Positions 20,901 to 32,531 of a DNA stretch of 32,531 nucleotides are shown in pieces. The notes under the pieces are model-generated. The model had not been told where the DNA came from and made no database searches. It worked only from the letters and a program-made list of their open reading frames with translations. The stretch covers positions 1 through 32,531 of the forward strand of contig JAHLWZ010000567.1 of the NCBI GenBank assembly GCA_020536535.1, given 5' to 3'. Positions within the stretch are counted from its first letter, which is position 1, and each line of letters starts with the position of its first letter. The position numbers and the translations under genes are program-made. Source of the stretch: Pelomyxa schiedti. Its lineage: Eukaryota; Protista; Evosea.

Positions 20901-23900
20901 CAAGCCCCCTGTCGGACTGTAGTTGAGGGGTCATTAAGCCGTTGTTGAAGGATTGGCATCACAACAGGAATAACTCTATCAGCAAGTCGTTCTACAATGT
21001 CACCTAGTGCAGCAGTTCCCAGAGTTTTACGGTGTTTTGATGAAGAACTATGGATGTTAGAATTTTAAGCACAATATGAGAAAAAAAACCTGAGGAAAGT
21101 GAGAATTCGGCTCATGAGGGTGGGAAGGATTTCTATCAATGCCTTTGATGGATGATCAACGACTGTCTTCCAAATCAAGGCAGCCCTACAGTTTTTAGTT
21201 TCTTTTAAAAATAAAAAGGAATACTTTTGAGTAACGGTTATGTTGGCATCAAATCGGACAAGATACAGTGCGGAAAGAACATCATTGCATCTGTCACCCA
21301 GTGCCTGTGCCACAACTGTAAAATGTTAAAGTTGCCTCATACCCATAATTATAAATACCAGAGGATTGAGCAGTTTCCTTCGTCTCTTCCTCACTCTCTT
21401 CACTTTCTTCACTTTCGCCATTTTCCTCTGCTTCTTGGCTCTCAGTCTCGGAGTTTTCTTCAGCATTCACTGGTTTCTCCTTAGCAAACTGGAGCAAGTT
21501 TGTGAGCAAGTCGCCAAGCAGAACAACGGAGCTTTCTTGTATCCTCCAGTTATCATCAAAAACGCCATTCTCAAGTGCCGGAACGAGCAAATTGAGTGCA
21601 CTCGTGTGATACGTGCTGACAATGGTATTTCCAGCTTTAAGAGCAACATCTCTGACCACTTCCGTTTGGTCAGCTAAACCATTTAGCACAGGCGGGAGAA
21701 TAGTGGCTATGTAAGGATTGAGCTTGTCACGCATGGTCACTGGGAGGAAGCGTATCAACAGCAGCGCTCCCTGCCTTACATAGACTTGTGGATCCTCAGA
21801 TTTTGAAATGACCCCTGGAAGTACTCCATCCAATCGAGTAATGTCTTTGTGATGAGTAAGTAAATGATGGTTACTGAACAGGTACCTAAAACTGAGAACA
21901 TTTCAGCAAGCCCTTGAGCAGCACCCGATTTTTCGACAATGCCCTTTTCTCGTGTTAAATAATTCAGATCGATTTCGTAGTAGACCCACCACATCTGCAA
22001 CAAGCAACTCAAGCAATCTATTGAGCAGACCAGGGAAGGGTTGTTCTCCAAGTTCACTCATCAGAGAGCCAAATGCTGTTGGTATGTTTGTTTGTTGTTT
22101 CTTAGAAGATAATACCTCGGGCGGTTAGTGATCTGACTTCAGGGTTCGGGTCGATGAGTGCGTTGGTTAGAGGTTGTTTGAGGGTTGGCAGATAATAAAC
22201 AAGATCTTGTTGGGCACAAATGTGTGATAAGTTTCCAATTATCTGCGAATACTCAGGTCGTTAAAGGAGACTCTGTAAAAAAAAACCTGTGCTGCCTTCT
22301 TCTTTGTTTCCGCAGATCTGTCTTTTAGGCCATTTACAAGAATTGGAGCAATAATGGCAAGAGCAGGCGCGTCAATACTGTAAGTGAAGTTCAGTTGCTC
22401 AAGTGCTTCTAGACCATTATGAGTTTTGGTGTTATCGGTAAGTGCCTAGTATGGTTGAGTTCATGGGTGAAAGAACACTGGCCATACTGCCAGGAGAATG
22501 GATGCAATTGTCTCAATTTCAGGGTTTTTGATCACAGACGAAATGTGGGTAAGTGCCTCTCGAGCCGATTTTTGTACCTTACAAGCACCGTGAGTGGAGG
22601 AAATAACTGGCTGAGAATTGCACTTCAAGTTGGGGGAACGTTTCCACGTCGATTAAACAGGGAACTATTTGAGGTAAACACTCTGACAGAACTTGGGGAG
22701 CACAATAGGAAAGTGCGCCAAGTAAGTCCGCACTTTTCTGTTAAATTGCCCTCTGATTAAAAACAAGAAGTCACAGCCTTCATACCTTTTTTATCATCCA
22801 AGATGGATCTTGTGTACCAGTAATGAGTGCTGGCAATAAAAGTCTTACACCATGGTGTGTCAATTGCCCCATAATGGCTTTGGCTGAAAAGGCAGGTGTA
22901 AGGGGGATAAAACGAGGAAAGATTAAACAGAAGACCAGTTCGTCCTGCTGCATCGCGAACTTCAGGAACGTCACCATAGCAAGTAAGAATATGGGGTACC
23001 ACAGAAATCGAATATGGCTCAAACATTCTTCCAAGACCATTGCTTATAAGTTCTAGCTACTGGAGGTGAATTGACCAAGTAATCTTTGCAAACAGCCATA
23101 CTGCAAACAGTGCACCAAGTTTGCTGGTTTTGCTCTTATTTGTTACAGCACTTATGAGCATTGGCATAAGAGAAAGGGTGCGTATGGCCATAAATCCCAT
23201 TCCTTCAACAATACCAGCAACACCATAGGCAGCTCCCCGCTGTTCGGAGGTATTCCCTATGTGGTTGGTGATTTACTGTGTGAATGAAGAATAATTTTAC
23301 CCGAGTTCAGGGAGGTAACAAGTTTTTGCGCAATAGTTGGGGTAGGAACAGTATCTGACAAGAAAACAGTACCCAATGAACTGAAACATTCACCTACAGC
23401 TTGGAGTACATCTTCGGAGGCACCACTGCGCAGTGTTCCAAGAAGTTGGTTAACCACCAAGGCGACCTATTTCTTTGTTACTTTACCAAAATAACAAAGC
23501 TCGACATGGGGATGATAACCTCTGGTGATTTGGGGTCAAGGTAACTTGCAAGAGAGCCTGTGAAAATAACTGAGCACTCTTTCAGTCGCTCTTGTGCTGG
23601 ATTTGATGTCACCTTGCGTAGATTTGGGGCTGCAACTATAAGGAACGAAAAAGGGAACCAAAGACTAACCGAGCATGGCTATAAGGAGCTTGTGGTGCGA
23701 GGAGCCCGCATTTGACTCACAAATTGCAAGACCGGCCTACATTACATGAATATGGGTTGAAGACTGAAAGGATCAAACCTTGACCATGGTTGCCCCAACA
23801 TCTGGGTGGTCACTCACAGGCTTTCCCAGTAAAAAGTCAAAAACTTCTCTAACTGTAACCTCTGTCAGATATACCCCAAGGCAGCCAAGAGTTTCCATAA

Positions 23901-26900
23901 CGCCACATCGTGTGAGTAAGGTATGTGCACTATCCTTACTATCCAGACATACAGTTTTTTCTTTTTTTAACTGTACCGGTTTTTAATTGACTAGCAGTAT
24001 TTTTGGGCCTACTTTTTGATGATAAAGGTCAAACAGTTTCCTAACAGTGGCATCAGCAGTATTCTTGTATTTCGTTACGGCTCTGAAAATGCCATTTGCA
24101 GCAAGTGTGCGAACAAACTGTTTTTCACTTCCAAGGTACTTCTTGAGGTGCTCAAAAAAGGCATGTGCTGCACTGGTTAGTAAATAAAAAGGTGCCTCAA
24201 CAGCTTACGCAATGATGTATTGTAATTCATCCATACAGTGTGTGCAAGGGAAACATTTTCAGGCTCTGGGTCTCCCATAGCCATCCATAGCAGTGTTGTT
24301 ACTGCCTCAGGTTTATCTCCGGCCATTAGGCATGGAGTGTCCTTTGAATGTGAATAAGAGAAAGTAAGAGTATTCATACCAGTAACCCATTTAGGAATGC
24401 TTCTCGGACGTGACTTTCTGTGGAATGCAGTCCCTCAATACCAATTGCACTTATGTCATCCAAATTCATCCCAATGCACAAAGCAATTAGACTTGTGCGT
24501 GCACGGTTTACAAATCTACAATGAAATTTAGCCGTTCTGCCTGCCACTTCATGTGATTTATAAAGGGGAAAAACCTGGGTGTGTGAAGCATCAAGTGTAC
24601 TAAGAGCTTTCCAATTTTTATTCTTGGGTAAGCGGGGCCTGATTGAACATGCAAGCATAAAATTTTAACTGCAGAGGCTTGTGCTCCTAGGGATATTCCT
24701 TGGTGTTCGGAGAAGAGACAAAGATTAACATACTTAGGTCACTTGGTGTTGCTGCTCTCCTAAGAATTACAGAGAGAACTGGAAGTATAAAAGAAAACAG
24801 ATGGGGAGGAAGAGGTTCCACAAGGGTATCTCCCAGAAAGTTGATGAGACGGTTTTCCAAGCTAGCAATATCAACCTTTTTGTGTGAATGTGACATTTCT
24901 ATGATAAAGTAAAAGGTACTTTTCCAGATCCTCGTCCAAGTAAAGACATAAATAGAACAAACCAGCTGTGGGAAATAGAGTGCAGTGGTGCAGGTAAATG
25001 GCTCATGATCGTCTCCAGCATTGTGCGTATATCTTTGCGCACCAGAATGTGATTCATACTAGGTGTGAATTTATCAAGAATGGCAGCTGAGTACTCAATA
25101 ATAAGCTTAGGGTGAGTGGTAGCTAGTCCAGTTAGAATCTAGATCATGTAAAGGAAAAATCACATTAGAAGAATACAAACATTCACACAGTTGAAAAATG
25201 GGGCTAGCTTTTTGGAAATTGCTTCACGCTCTTTGTTCTGCTTTTCCAGCAGCAGGGCATCCGCTTTACTGTCTTTGAGTGCTTTTTCCTACTATTGTTA
25301 CAGAACGCAATTACGGAAAGTAATATACTTCAGCTAATTTTTGAGCTTGCTCTTGTCTGTATTGAAGCTCCCACTGTTCATCTTCCACCCGGTACATCCT
25401 GCCCTCCCCACGCTTTTTCTTTTCACTCTGGACCTTCACAGGTGGTTTTACTGCAACTTGTTCTTGATCTCGTTTCCTCTTCTCTTCCTCTGAAATCCTT
25501 TTGTTATTACGTTGCGGAGAAAATTGCCTCAAACCGTCGAGAAAGAGAATCCCTGGGGGTGACTGGTAAAATTGAAGTTCCTTTTGTGACATCTCACTGA
25601 TACGGGCGAAGTCAGCTTTCAACAGCAATTGGGGCAGAACATGTGTTGTTACTAAGTCTGGAGCGACCCGGCACATAAATTCAAGCCCATCTCTGGCGGC
25701 TTGGAATATGTTGTCTCCCTTCAAGAGGTCGGTAGGAAGGAGATATGACAAGAACATACTGGCACTCGAGTAACAAGACCCTCTACAATTGAAGTACATA
25801 CAAAGTTAGCGTACTTCACCAAAACACTTACTCCATTTCCACAATCAATCTTGGGACATTCAGATGTAAGAAAGAGAACTGGCTTTCTAACCTGAAAGCC
25901 AATGGCCGGCCAGTTGGGGGGAGTGTCTGGTATTCTTAAGAGAGGGTGATGGGCTGCAATGAATGCTTGGGCAACACCCTGTCCAAGGATACTGCCTGAA
26001 ACACACCATAATAAGCAATCGCGCAGTGCCTTAGCTGGGGGTGGTGTTGTCTTCTTGATACCAGTAGCATATTCCTTTGAGCGAATAAGACAAACAGGGG
26101 TGGCTGAAAACTTACCTCAAGAGTTTGCATTAAGGCTGTGAGTAGCTCCATAGTCATCTTAGGATTGGCTCTATGTGCCAACTTGATCACCTCAAGACAG
26201 TGGCATCGTACTTCCCAAGAAGGGTGAGACATCAGCCAAATGGTTAACATGTAAAAGTTGCTGAGATAATTAGAATTTGAGCTGAGTAAGAAACGAGTTA
26301 CCTGGAAAAAGTGGAGTCTTCTAGCACTGACAAATGATATCTCAGTAAACTCTCCACAAATATAACAAGGTCTAAACACTGTGGCACATCCAACCTTGAA
26401 ATAAATGCACTCTCCCATATTATACTGTTTGCACCAAAGATGACAGGCCACAGTCCACAATTCATTAAGTGGCTCTCTAATGTAGAGTTACAAATAGACA
26501 GGGTAAGATAGCCTTACTGATAGCGGAGCATGAAGCAGCGTTACTGATGGAGTTAAATATGCCAATAAGAGGCAAAGGCGCTGTTTTGGCAGTTCTTGTG
26601 AGTACTAGGAGCTGCTGTTTGAGTGGTTCCAGCAGTGAGATTGCCTTTTGGAAAATTGGTGCGTTTGAAAATTGATGACTTCAGACCTGTGCTATCTTTG
26701 CCTCCTGTGTTGAGGTGCGAATTGTAGACAAAGAGGAAGCAATTGCACTGCACAAAGAGAGGCTGCGTGCAGTTGAGACGGTGGCAGTAGGAGCAATGTA
26801 TTGCTTCAAGAGAGTTACGCCATTTGATGGCATGGGAACATTATCTGGAACCACACCACACCACACTCCAACTGCCTCTGTGCAGGCAGCCAATAAGTCT

Positions 26901-29149
26901 TCCATTGCTGGTGGAATTTTCAGTGAAGGTACTTATGTACTTGTTGTCATACTTTCTTTTTTTTGAAAGGTGGTGATCTTCTCAATGAGAGCTGTAATGA
27001 TCTCAACTGGGGGTGTGTTGATGACCTGGATAGTGGTAGGCTTGCAAAACACTAGTGTCGACTTTATCGAACTCATTTTTTGTAGGTATGTTGCACGTGG
27101 ATCTATAAGAGTTGATATTCATGCAAACGAATAAGCTCTCACCTGTGAGTGGTTCAATTAACACATCCAAAAAACGCCTGTGCACATCTGGTTGCCTGTG
27201 AAGTATGTTACAAAGATGAGAAAGGGTCGCAGTAGAAACTTGATTAATATCAATAATTTTTCTAGAGCAATTGTGGCCAGTGAATGCAGGTTAGCTCCAG
27301 GAAGTTTAAAAACAGCAGTCAGAATTGCTTCCACTTGGATTGCGATTGAGGACAAGTCCCCTTGGACATTCTCCAGCAGATTTATGACTCTCAAGAGAGT
27401 GGACTAGAGCCAGGTAAGTGGCATTAGCGGGAATAAGTTACCTCTGTGTCTCTCTTTAGTAACCGAGATAAATCAGGGAAAATCGTATCCAGATCACTGC
27501 AGGAAAGGGTATGCAGGAGCACGTTAAAACTTGTCTCTGTGCTTTTGGGCTGATTTGCAGGTGCATTTAGTATCAAGTCTTTGTACACTTTAATGAAATG
27601 GGTCTATTTTGCGGTGTGACTAAGAAGAATGTTGTGAAAGAGTCTACTTTGTGCTTCGCCAGAACTTCAGGGAGGGTTGCACAAGATTCAATGAGAAGCG
27701 AGTAAATGGCACAATACTTTGTGGAAAGAGATAAAGCAAGTCGTTCCTTAAGAAACTCTATGTACTTGACAACTTGCAGGGGTATCTAGAGAGTGTCCGA
27801 TCAAGGGGTTACGCAGGTTAGGAAGATACCTTATGTATCATGGAGATAAATGACTTGAAGGCAGAGTTGCGACATCTCTCATAATGTTTCATTGAAGCAT
27901 TGGAATTCATCGTGCAAATATTTGTTGTACGGGAACTCTGTCCTGAGGGTGCGTTCTTTGCTGGTGGGTTTGCTAATATGTTGCAAATATGACACTGTAG
28001 CTGTGCGATTTTTTCGAAGACTAAGGGGTCGCCACCATCGTCAAGATAGCAACTCCAGGTAAACAAAATTCTGGGAGAAAAGAAGGTTCATAATTGAACA
28101 GCAGAATTTTGGGAGCATACGAAGAAGAGGCAAAGTCGAAGTTTGGTGTACCCCCCGCAAGGGTTAAAAATTCTTTAGAGAACTTAACACCATAAATCTG
28201 AGCTAGAGTAGTGAAGGCTTGCATTGAATGACATCGTGAAATTCTGTCCGAGTAGAAGGATAATGTCCCAATAATTAGTTGAGCGGCATCACTCAAGTCG
28301 ATTTCGGTGGCTGGGAGGGAAAGGTTTTCAAGTGAGCCCCACAATACCGCTTTTAATTTTTAATTTTTAATTTTTTAATTTTGTTTTTGTTTGTGCTTTG
28401 ATTGTAAGTTTTGTTGATAATAGGGTTTGCTTTGGCATTCAAGTGTCACAGTTGTGGCACACACATGCAGTAGCGGGCTGGCCTCCAGCCTGCTCATTCG
28501 GCTCTTGTGCAGCAGCAGCGACACCCCCGCCACTACTACTGCTGCTACTAGCGGTGCTATTAGCACTATCCCCATCACAACAACCAGGTGAGCTACTAGC
28601 ACTAGTACTAGTGCTGGTGGTGGTGGCGCCGGGGTGTGGTGCGTGGGCGGCGTGGAGGGTGTCCACGAGGGTGCGCAACGCGGCGGTGCGGGCGGGCACA
28701 GACGACGACCCCACGGCGTGGGCCACGCAGCACGACGACACCGCCGCCGGGCGCAGTTGCCCCACCGCCGCAGCCGCAGCCGCGCTGTCCCCTCCCCCTC
28801 CGCGTCTCTTTTCCCGTTTCCCCTTGCTGCTGCTGCTGCTGCTGCTGCTTGTTGTTGTCGTTGTTGATGATGTTGTGTGTTCTGTTGCCGATGGTGACGA
28901 TGATGATACTGCTTCTGCTTCCGCTGTTGGTGGGGTAGGTGTCGAGTGGGTGTGTTGGTGCTGGTCTAGCTCACCTTCCACGAGTGAGCTACTGGCCGTC
29001 GTGGTGGCTTCTGTGTGTGTCGCTTCTGGTTGTTGTTGTTGTTGCTGGTGTGTTGTTGTTGGTGGCGCGGTGGTGGGTGCTGATGTTGGTGGTGGTTGTG
29101 GTTGTGCCGGCTTGGGCGCCGACGATGGTGATGACTCGTCGCTGCTCAT
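17939..29149 (-). CDS. GCN1: eIF2-alpha kinase activator GCN1 (HEAT-repeat protein), many short introns
   Basis: Characteristic segments: FEPYSISVVPHILTCYGDVPEVRDAA, AKAIMGQLTHHGVRLLLPALI, GLKDRSAETKKKAAQ, GLADQTEVVRDVALKAG...GVFDDNWRIQESSVVLLGDLL, LSALYLVRFD...IWKTVVDHPSKALIEILPTLM. The 5' start (MSSDESSP at 29149) is inferred. Confidence 0.9.
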
Positions 29150-29712
29150 CGACTCTCTTTCGGGTTGTGGAAATGGGGGTGGTGGGTGATGCGCAACTGA
29201 GAAAAACTGTATCGTTCTCAACTGGGATGCGAAAGAAACTTAGAATAGAAAAAAANNNNNNNNNNNNNNNNNNNNNNNNNNNNNNNNNNNNNNNNNNNNN
29301 NNNNNNNNNNNNNNNNNNNNNNNNNNNNNNNNNNNNNNNNNNNNNNNNNNNNNNNCTCGTCGCTGCTCATCGACTCTCTTTCGGGTTGTGGAAATGGGGG
29401 TGGTGGGTGATGCGCAACTGAGAAAAACTGTATCGTTCTCAACTGGGATGCGAAAGAAACTTAGAATAGAAAAAAAAAGAGTATGTTTTTTTTTTTGGGT
29501 GCTTGGTGTGAATGATTTGCACACTACCAAAGGGTGTGTTCTTTTTGTAGGTTGTTGAACCGCTTGGTGTGCGCAGTGAGTTTGTTGATTGGTTGGCTTC
29601 TGGTCCTTATGCCTTGGGGTGTTGGCCAAAGGGCAAGGAAGAGAATGATGTGTTGTATTGTGGGTTTGTGGATTGCTTGTCAATCGAGTCAATAGCTGTG
29701 GAGAGGTCCGGC

Positions 29713-30342
29713 TCACATGGACGCTCCGCCAGTTTGGGTAAGCATGGCGTCTGTTGTAATGTCAGTGAATAATAAGTTATGTTTAGGCAAACACTGTTAA
29801 AGAAGAGGGATCAAGCAATACCGATAATATCGTTGTCCTCTAGTCCGAGCTGCGCAGGAGTGCGGTCTGGTTGAAGCCTCTCGCCGTCATAGAGGAAACG
29901 AATAGCGTGGGGTGAGATGGCTTGCCTCTGGCAGTACGCATCCATGAGCTTCTTGAGTTGGGTATTCTTCTTTATCTTGAAAAAGACCTATTACGGACAG
30001 TACCCGTTAGTTTGTGAAGAACGTAGTGTCAAGTACAATAACAATTGAAGTCGTATACATGTTTTTATTATATTACTTGTATTCTTATTCTCTATTTTTG
30101 TTTATAGCCACTTTAAAACAGAGATTATATAATGGACTGTAATACATTAGAATATTGCTGCTCATTACCTCGGTGCCATCCTGAGCGACAACTTTAAGAT
30201 TGATGTGCTCCGAAGGGGGTGCGGCGGCTGCGGTAGTCGCTGTCGCAGCTGCACCGCGAGCGTCTGCCGCTGCTGTCGATGGTGGTGGGACTACTTTCTT
30301 GTCCTCCGCGGGTGCTGCTGACTCGGCCGGTGTTGCTGACAT
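29713..30342 (-). CDS. SUMO: Small ubiquitin-like modifier (SUMO/SMT3)
   Basis: Three exons: EHINLKVVAQDGTE|VFFKIKKNTQLKKLMDAYCQRQAISPHAIRFLYDGERLQPDRTPAQLGLEDNDII|DAMLTQTGG-ASM*, i.e. a di-Gly motif with a 3-aa propeptide; intron 1 is 29988-30168. Confidence 0.95.
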
Positions 30343-30417
30343 CTTCGCGAGTGTTGTGTATTGGTTTGTTTTGTGTTTGTGGTTTTTTTTTTAATTTGTT
30401 GGTTTCTAGATCCCAAA

Positions 30418-30624
30418 GATGAAGTGCAGGGGAGTAACGACTTTTCTTTTGGGCACCAAGAAGCGAGGAGGTTGTGGCGAACCGTCTCAGGTGAGATTGT
30501 GTGCGTCACCTCAGCTGCAGTTGCATTTCTCAGTGTTCAAACTCCCCACTCCCACTAACAACCATAGCCCCCAATGTGAGCTGGACCAGTGCCACCAAAG
30601 TTTTCTGAGATACTGCGCTTCATC
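30418..30624 (+). ncRNA. Candidate structured RNA (RNase P/MRP-like pairing topology)
   Basis: 12-bp terminal helix 30418-30429/30613-30624, nested GGGAGT/ACTCCC helix, internal-loop hairpin and a crossing GTCTCAG/CTGAGAT pairing; conserved-region sequences are non-canonical. Confidence 0.3.
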
Positions 30625-30733
30625 CCTAAGGAGCCACTCCGAAGGGGGAAAAAGAAAGCAGATTGATCGCGGCTTTCGCCAAACTAATAGCCGAGACGAT
30701 ACGCACGCGTAATACTTAAAGAAAAAATTCGAA

Positions 30734-32243
30734 ATGGCATCGTCATCATCGGCAGCGGCTACGACGACAAGTGCGTACGTAATCTGGATGTTGTCGCGTT
30801 GGGTTTTTTTCTCGTTTTTTTAAACAACAACCGCTGCTTTTTTGTTCGGGTACTGAAATAGTGGCTGCACTGTGCATGTTTTGTTTCTTTCCTTAAAAGG
30901 TGTTAGTAGTGCTGCTGTTGAGGACGAAGATAGTGGGGAGGATATGAACGACGAGGAATTTTTCCTGTACTGCGCCCGTTTGGGTGGATTGCTTGATGTC
31001 ACTGAGCTGCTGGATAAAAATCCTACATTCCTGACGCTCGCCGACGAGAGGGGAAACACTGGTATTTACCATCATCAAACTCTTACACACCCCTTCTTAT
31101 TATGCCGTCATGTGGCTTTTCCTCAGCGCTACACATGGCGAGTGCCAACGGCCATATTGAAGTCATCGAATTTCTCCTTAAACGCGCCGGTTCGGCTGCT
31201 ATATCACTTGTTCGCACAAAAAACTCGAGCGGAAATACTCCACTTCACTGGGCAGTTATCAACGGCCACACTAAGGCCGTAGGAATTCTCGCTGATGTCT
31301 CTGGCCCTGCCGGCATTACCCAGGACAACAACTGGGCTGGGAAGAGCCCGCTTAACGAAGCCGCATCGCGCAGCCTCGCTGATGTTGAAGTGGCGCTGCT
31401 CTCACGCTGCAAGGACGAGGATGTTGCCACCGCAACCGTGACAGTAGTTAAAGCCAAGGCCGCAGAAGCTGATGCCGATGACGCCGACGAAGGTGAGGAT
31501 GTTTCCGATGAAACTGCAAGCAGTACAGACCATACCAATACCACCACACCTACAACCGCTCCAACCCCCACAGCACCCACCACAACAACCAGTTCCAGTA
31601 CCAGTAGTAGTACTAGTACTTCTTCCACAACAGCCACTGACATCAACCCGGAGGCACAACAAGTACCCACATCCACTGCCCTATCAAACACAACAACATC
31701 GCCAACAATAGTCCCACATTCCGACGCAGAAGCTGCCAGTAGCACTGTGACACCAGCAATACCCAACAATACCAACAACAGCCAATCCCCACAACAACAA
31801 CCAGCAACAACCACAGTTCCCAATGTTACTTCAACCCAGACCCAGAACAAGAGCAAGAAAAAGAACAAAGGCAAAAACAAGAATAAGAGCAAGAAGGCCA
31901 ACAAGAAACCAGGGACACCCACTCNNNNNNNNNNNNNNNNNNNNNNNNNNNNNNNNNNNNNNNNNNNNNNNNNNNNNNNNNNNNNNNNNNNNNNNNNNNN
32001 NNNNNNNNNNNNNNNNNNNNNNNNGCAACAACCACAGTTCCCAATGTTACTTCAACCCAGACCCAGAACAAGAGCAAGAAAAAGAACAAAGGCAAAAACA
32101 AGAATAAGAGCAAGAAGGCCAACAAGAAACCAGGGACACCCACTCAACAACAACAGCCCACAAACACCGGTATCAACAACAATCAAGCGGCGGCAACAAC
32201 AACAGCCACCGCACCGCAGCAAAGCAATAATACTAAGTCGTAA
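30734..32243 (+). CDS. Ankyrin-repeat protein, YAR1-like, with long Thr/Ser/Gln/Lys low-complexity tail
   Basis: EEFFLYCARLG...ERGNT|ALHMASANGHIEVIEFLL...SGNTPLHWAVINGH...GKSPLNEA; collapsing the 121-nt overlap across gap 31925-32024 gives a stop at 32241-32243. Confidence 0.75.
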
Positions 32244-32305
32244 TAGTCTATTAGACCTTGCTCTGTTATTTTGTTGTGGAGGATTGTTGTAGAATTCTAG
32301 TCGAG

Positions 32306-32531
32306 TTACAGTGAGGAAACCTTGTTGTCTTTCTCAGGTGGTTGCTGTGGGTCCCGGCTGTGGCACAATAACCTTTGGAGTATGTGAATGTAAGTTCAGA
32401 GCAAAGAAAGGTGTGACAGGTACCGGGATGTAGAAGAACACCTGAGACCTCGGCGAGCCGCGGACCAGCTAGGTGCTGTGGGTGCTGCGGTATTTGGTGT
32501 GGTGGGATTGGGTGGCGGGGGCTGTGAGTGG
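32306..32531 (-). CDS. Possible 3' end of a convergent gene (Pro/Thr-rich)
   Basis: Open Pro/Thr-rich frame from the window end with a plausible GT-AG intron; no family motif. Confidence 0.3.

Noticed and set aside
29988-30168. Unusually long (181-nt) SUMO intron as a snoRNA host
   Set aside because: No C/D box pair or convincing H/ACA hairpins seen; AT-rich
1030-30342. A functional 'ubiquitin/translation-stress gene cluster' (kelch, F-box, SUMO, GCN1, YAR1-like)
   Set aside because: These classes are abundant in protist genomes; no shared regulatory motif or synteny evidence is visible

Overview
Gene-dense, intron-rich eukaryotic (protist) scaffold with short (~45-60 nt) GT-AG introns and very short intergenic spacers. 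The style and the lineage-specific gene family recall Archamoebae such as Pelomyxa; that assignment is an inference. Recognisable housekeeping genes are GCN1 (about 11 kb, minus strand), SUMO and a YAR1-like ankyrin protein. The window also holds two tandem kelch-repeat paralogues, a secreted Zn-dependent phospholipase C/P1-nuclease-superfamily-like protein with a His-rich insert, and five copies (four loci) of an essentially intronless expanded family with an N-terminal 'ARxQ..AL...C(G/A)..SP' motif. The most notable feature is invisible in the ORF track. Manual splicing of 10737-14364 (minus) gives one apparent protein made of RCC1 repeats + an F-box + a complete C-terminal Arf-family GTPase domain whose catalytic switch-II Gln is replaced (DVGGE). 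Seven 100-N gaps are associated with exact 121-nt overlaps, indicating that two apparent duplications (1-830 vs 10230-11068 and 13860-16073 vs 16174-18273) are probably haplotype bubbles laid out in tandem. These bubbles expose strikingly divergent alleles of one family gene between nearly identical housekeeping flanks. Two intergenic regions look like structured RNAs, one with an RNase P/MRP-like pairing topology. All gene models were spliced by eye, without tools.
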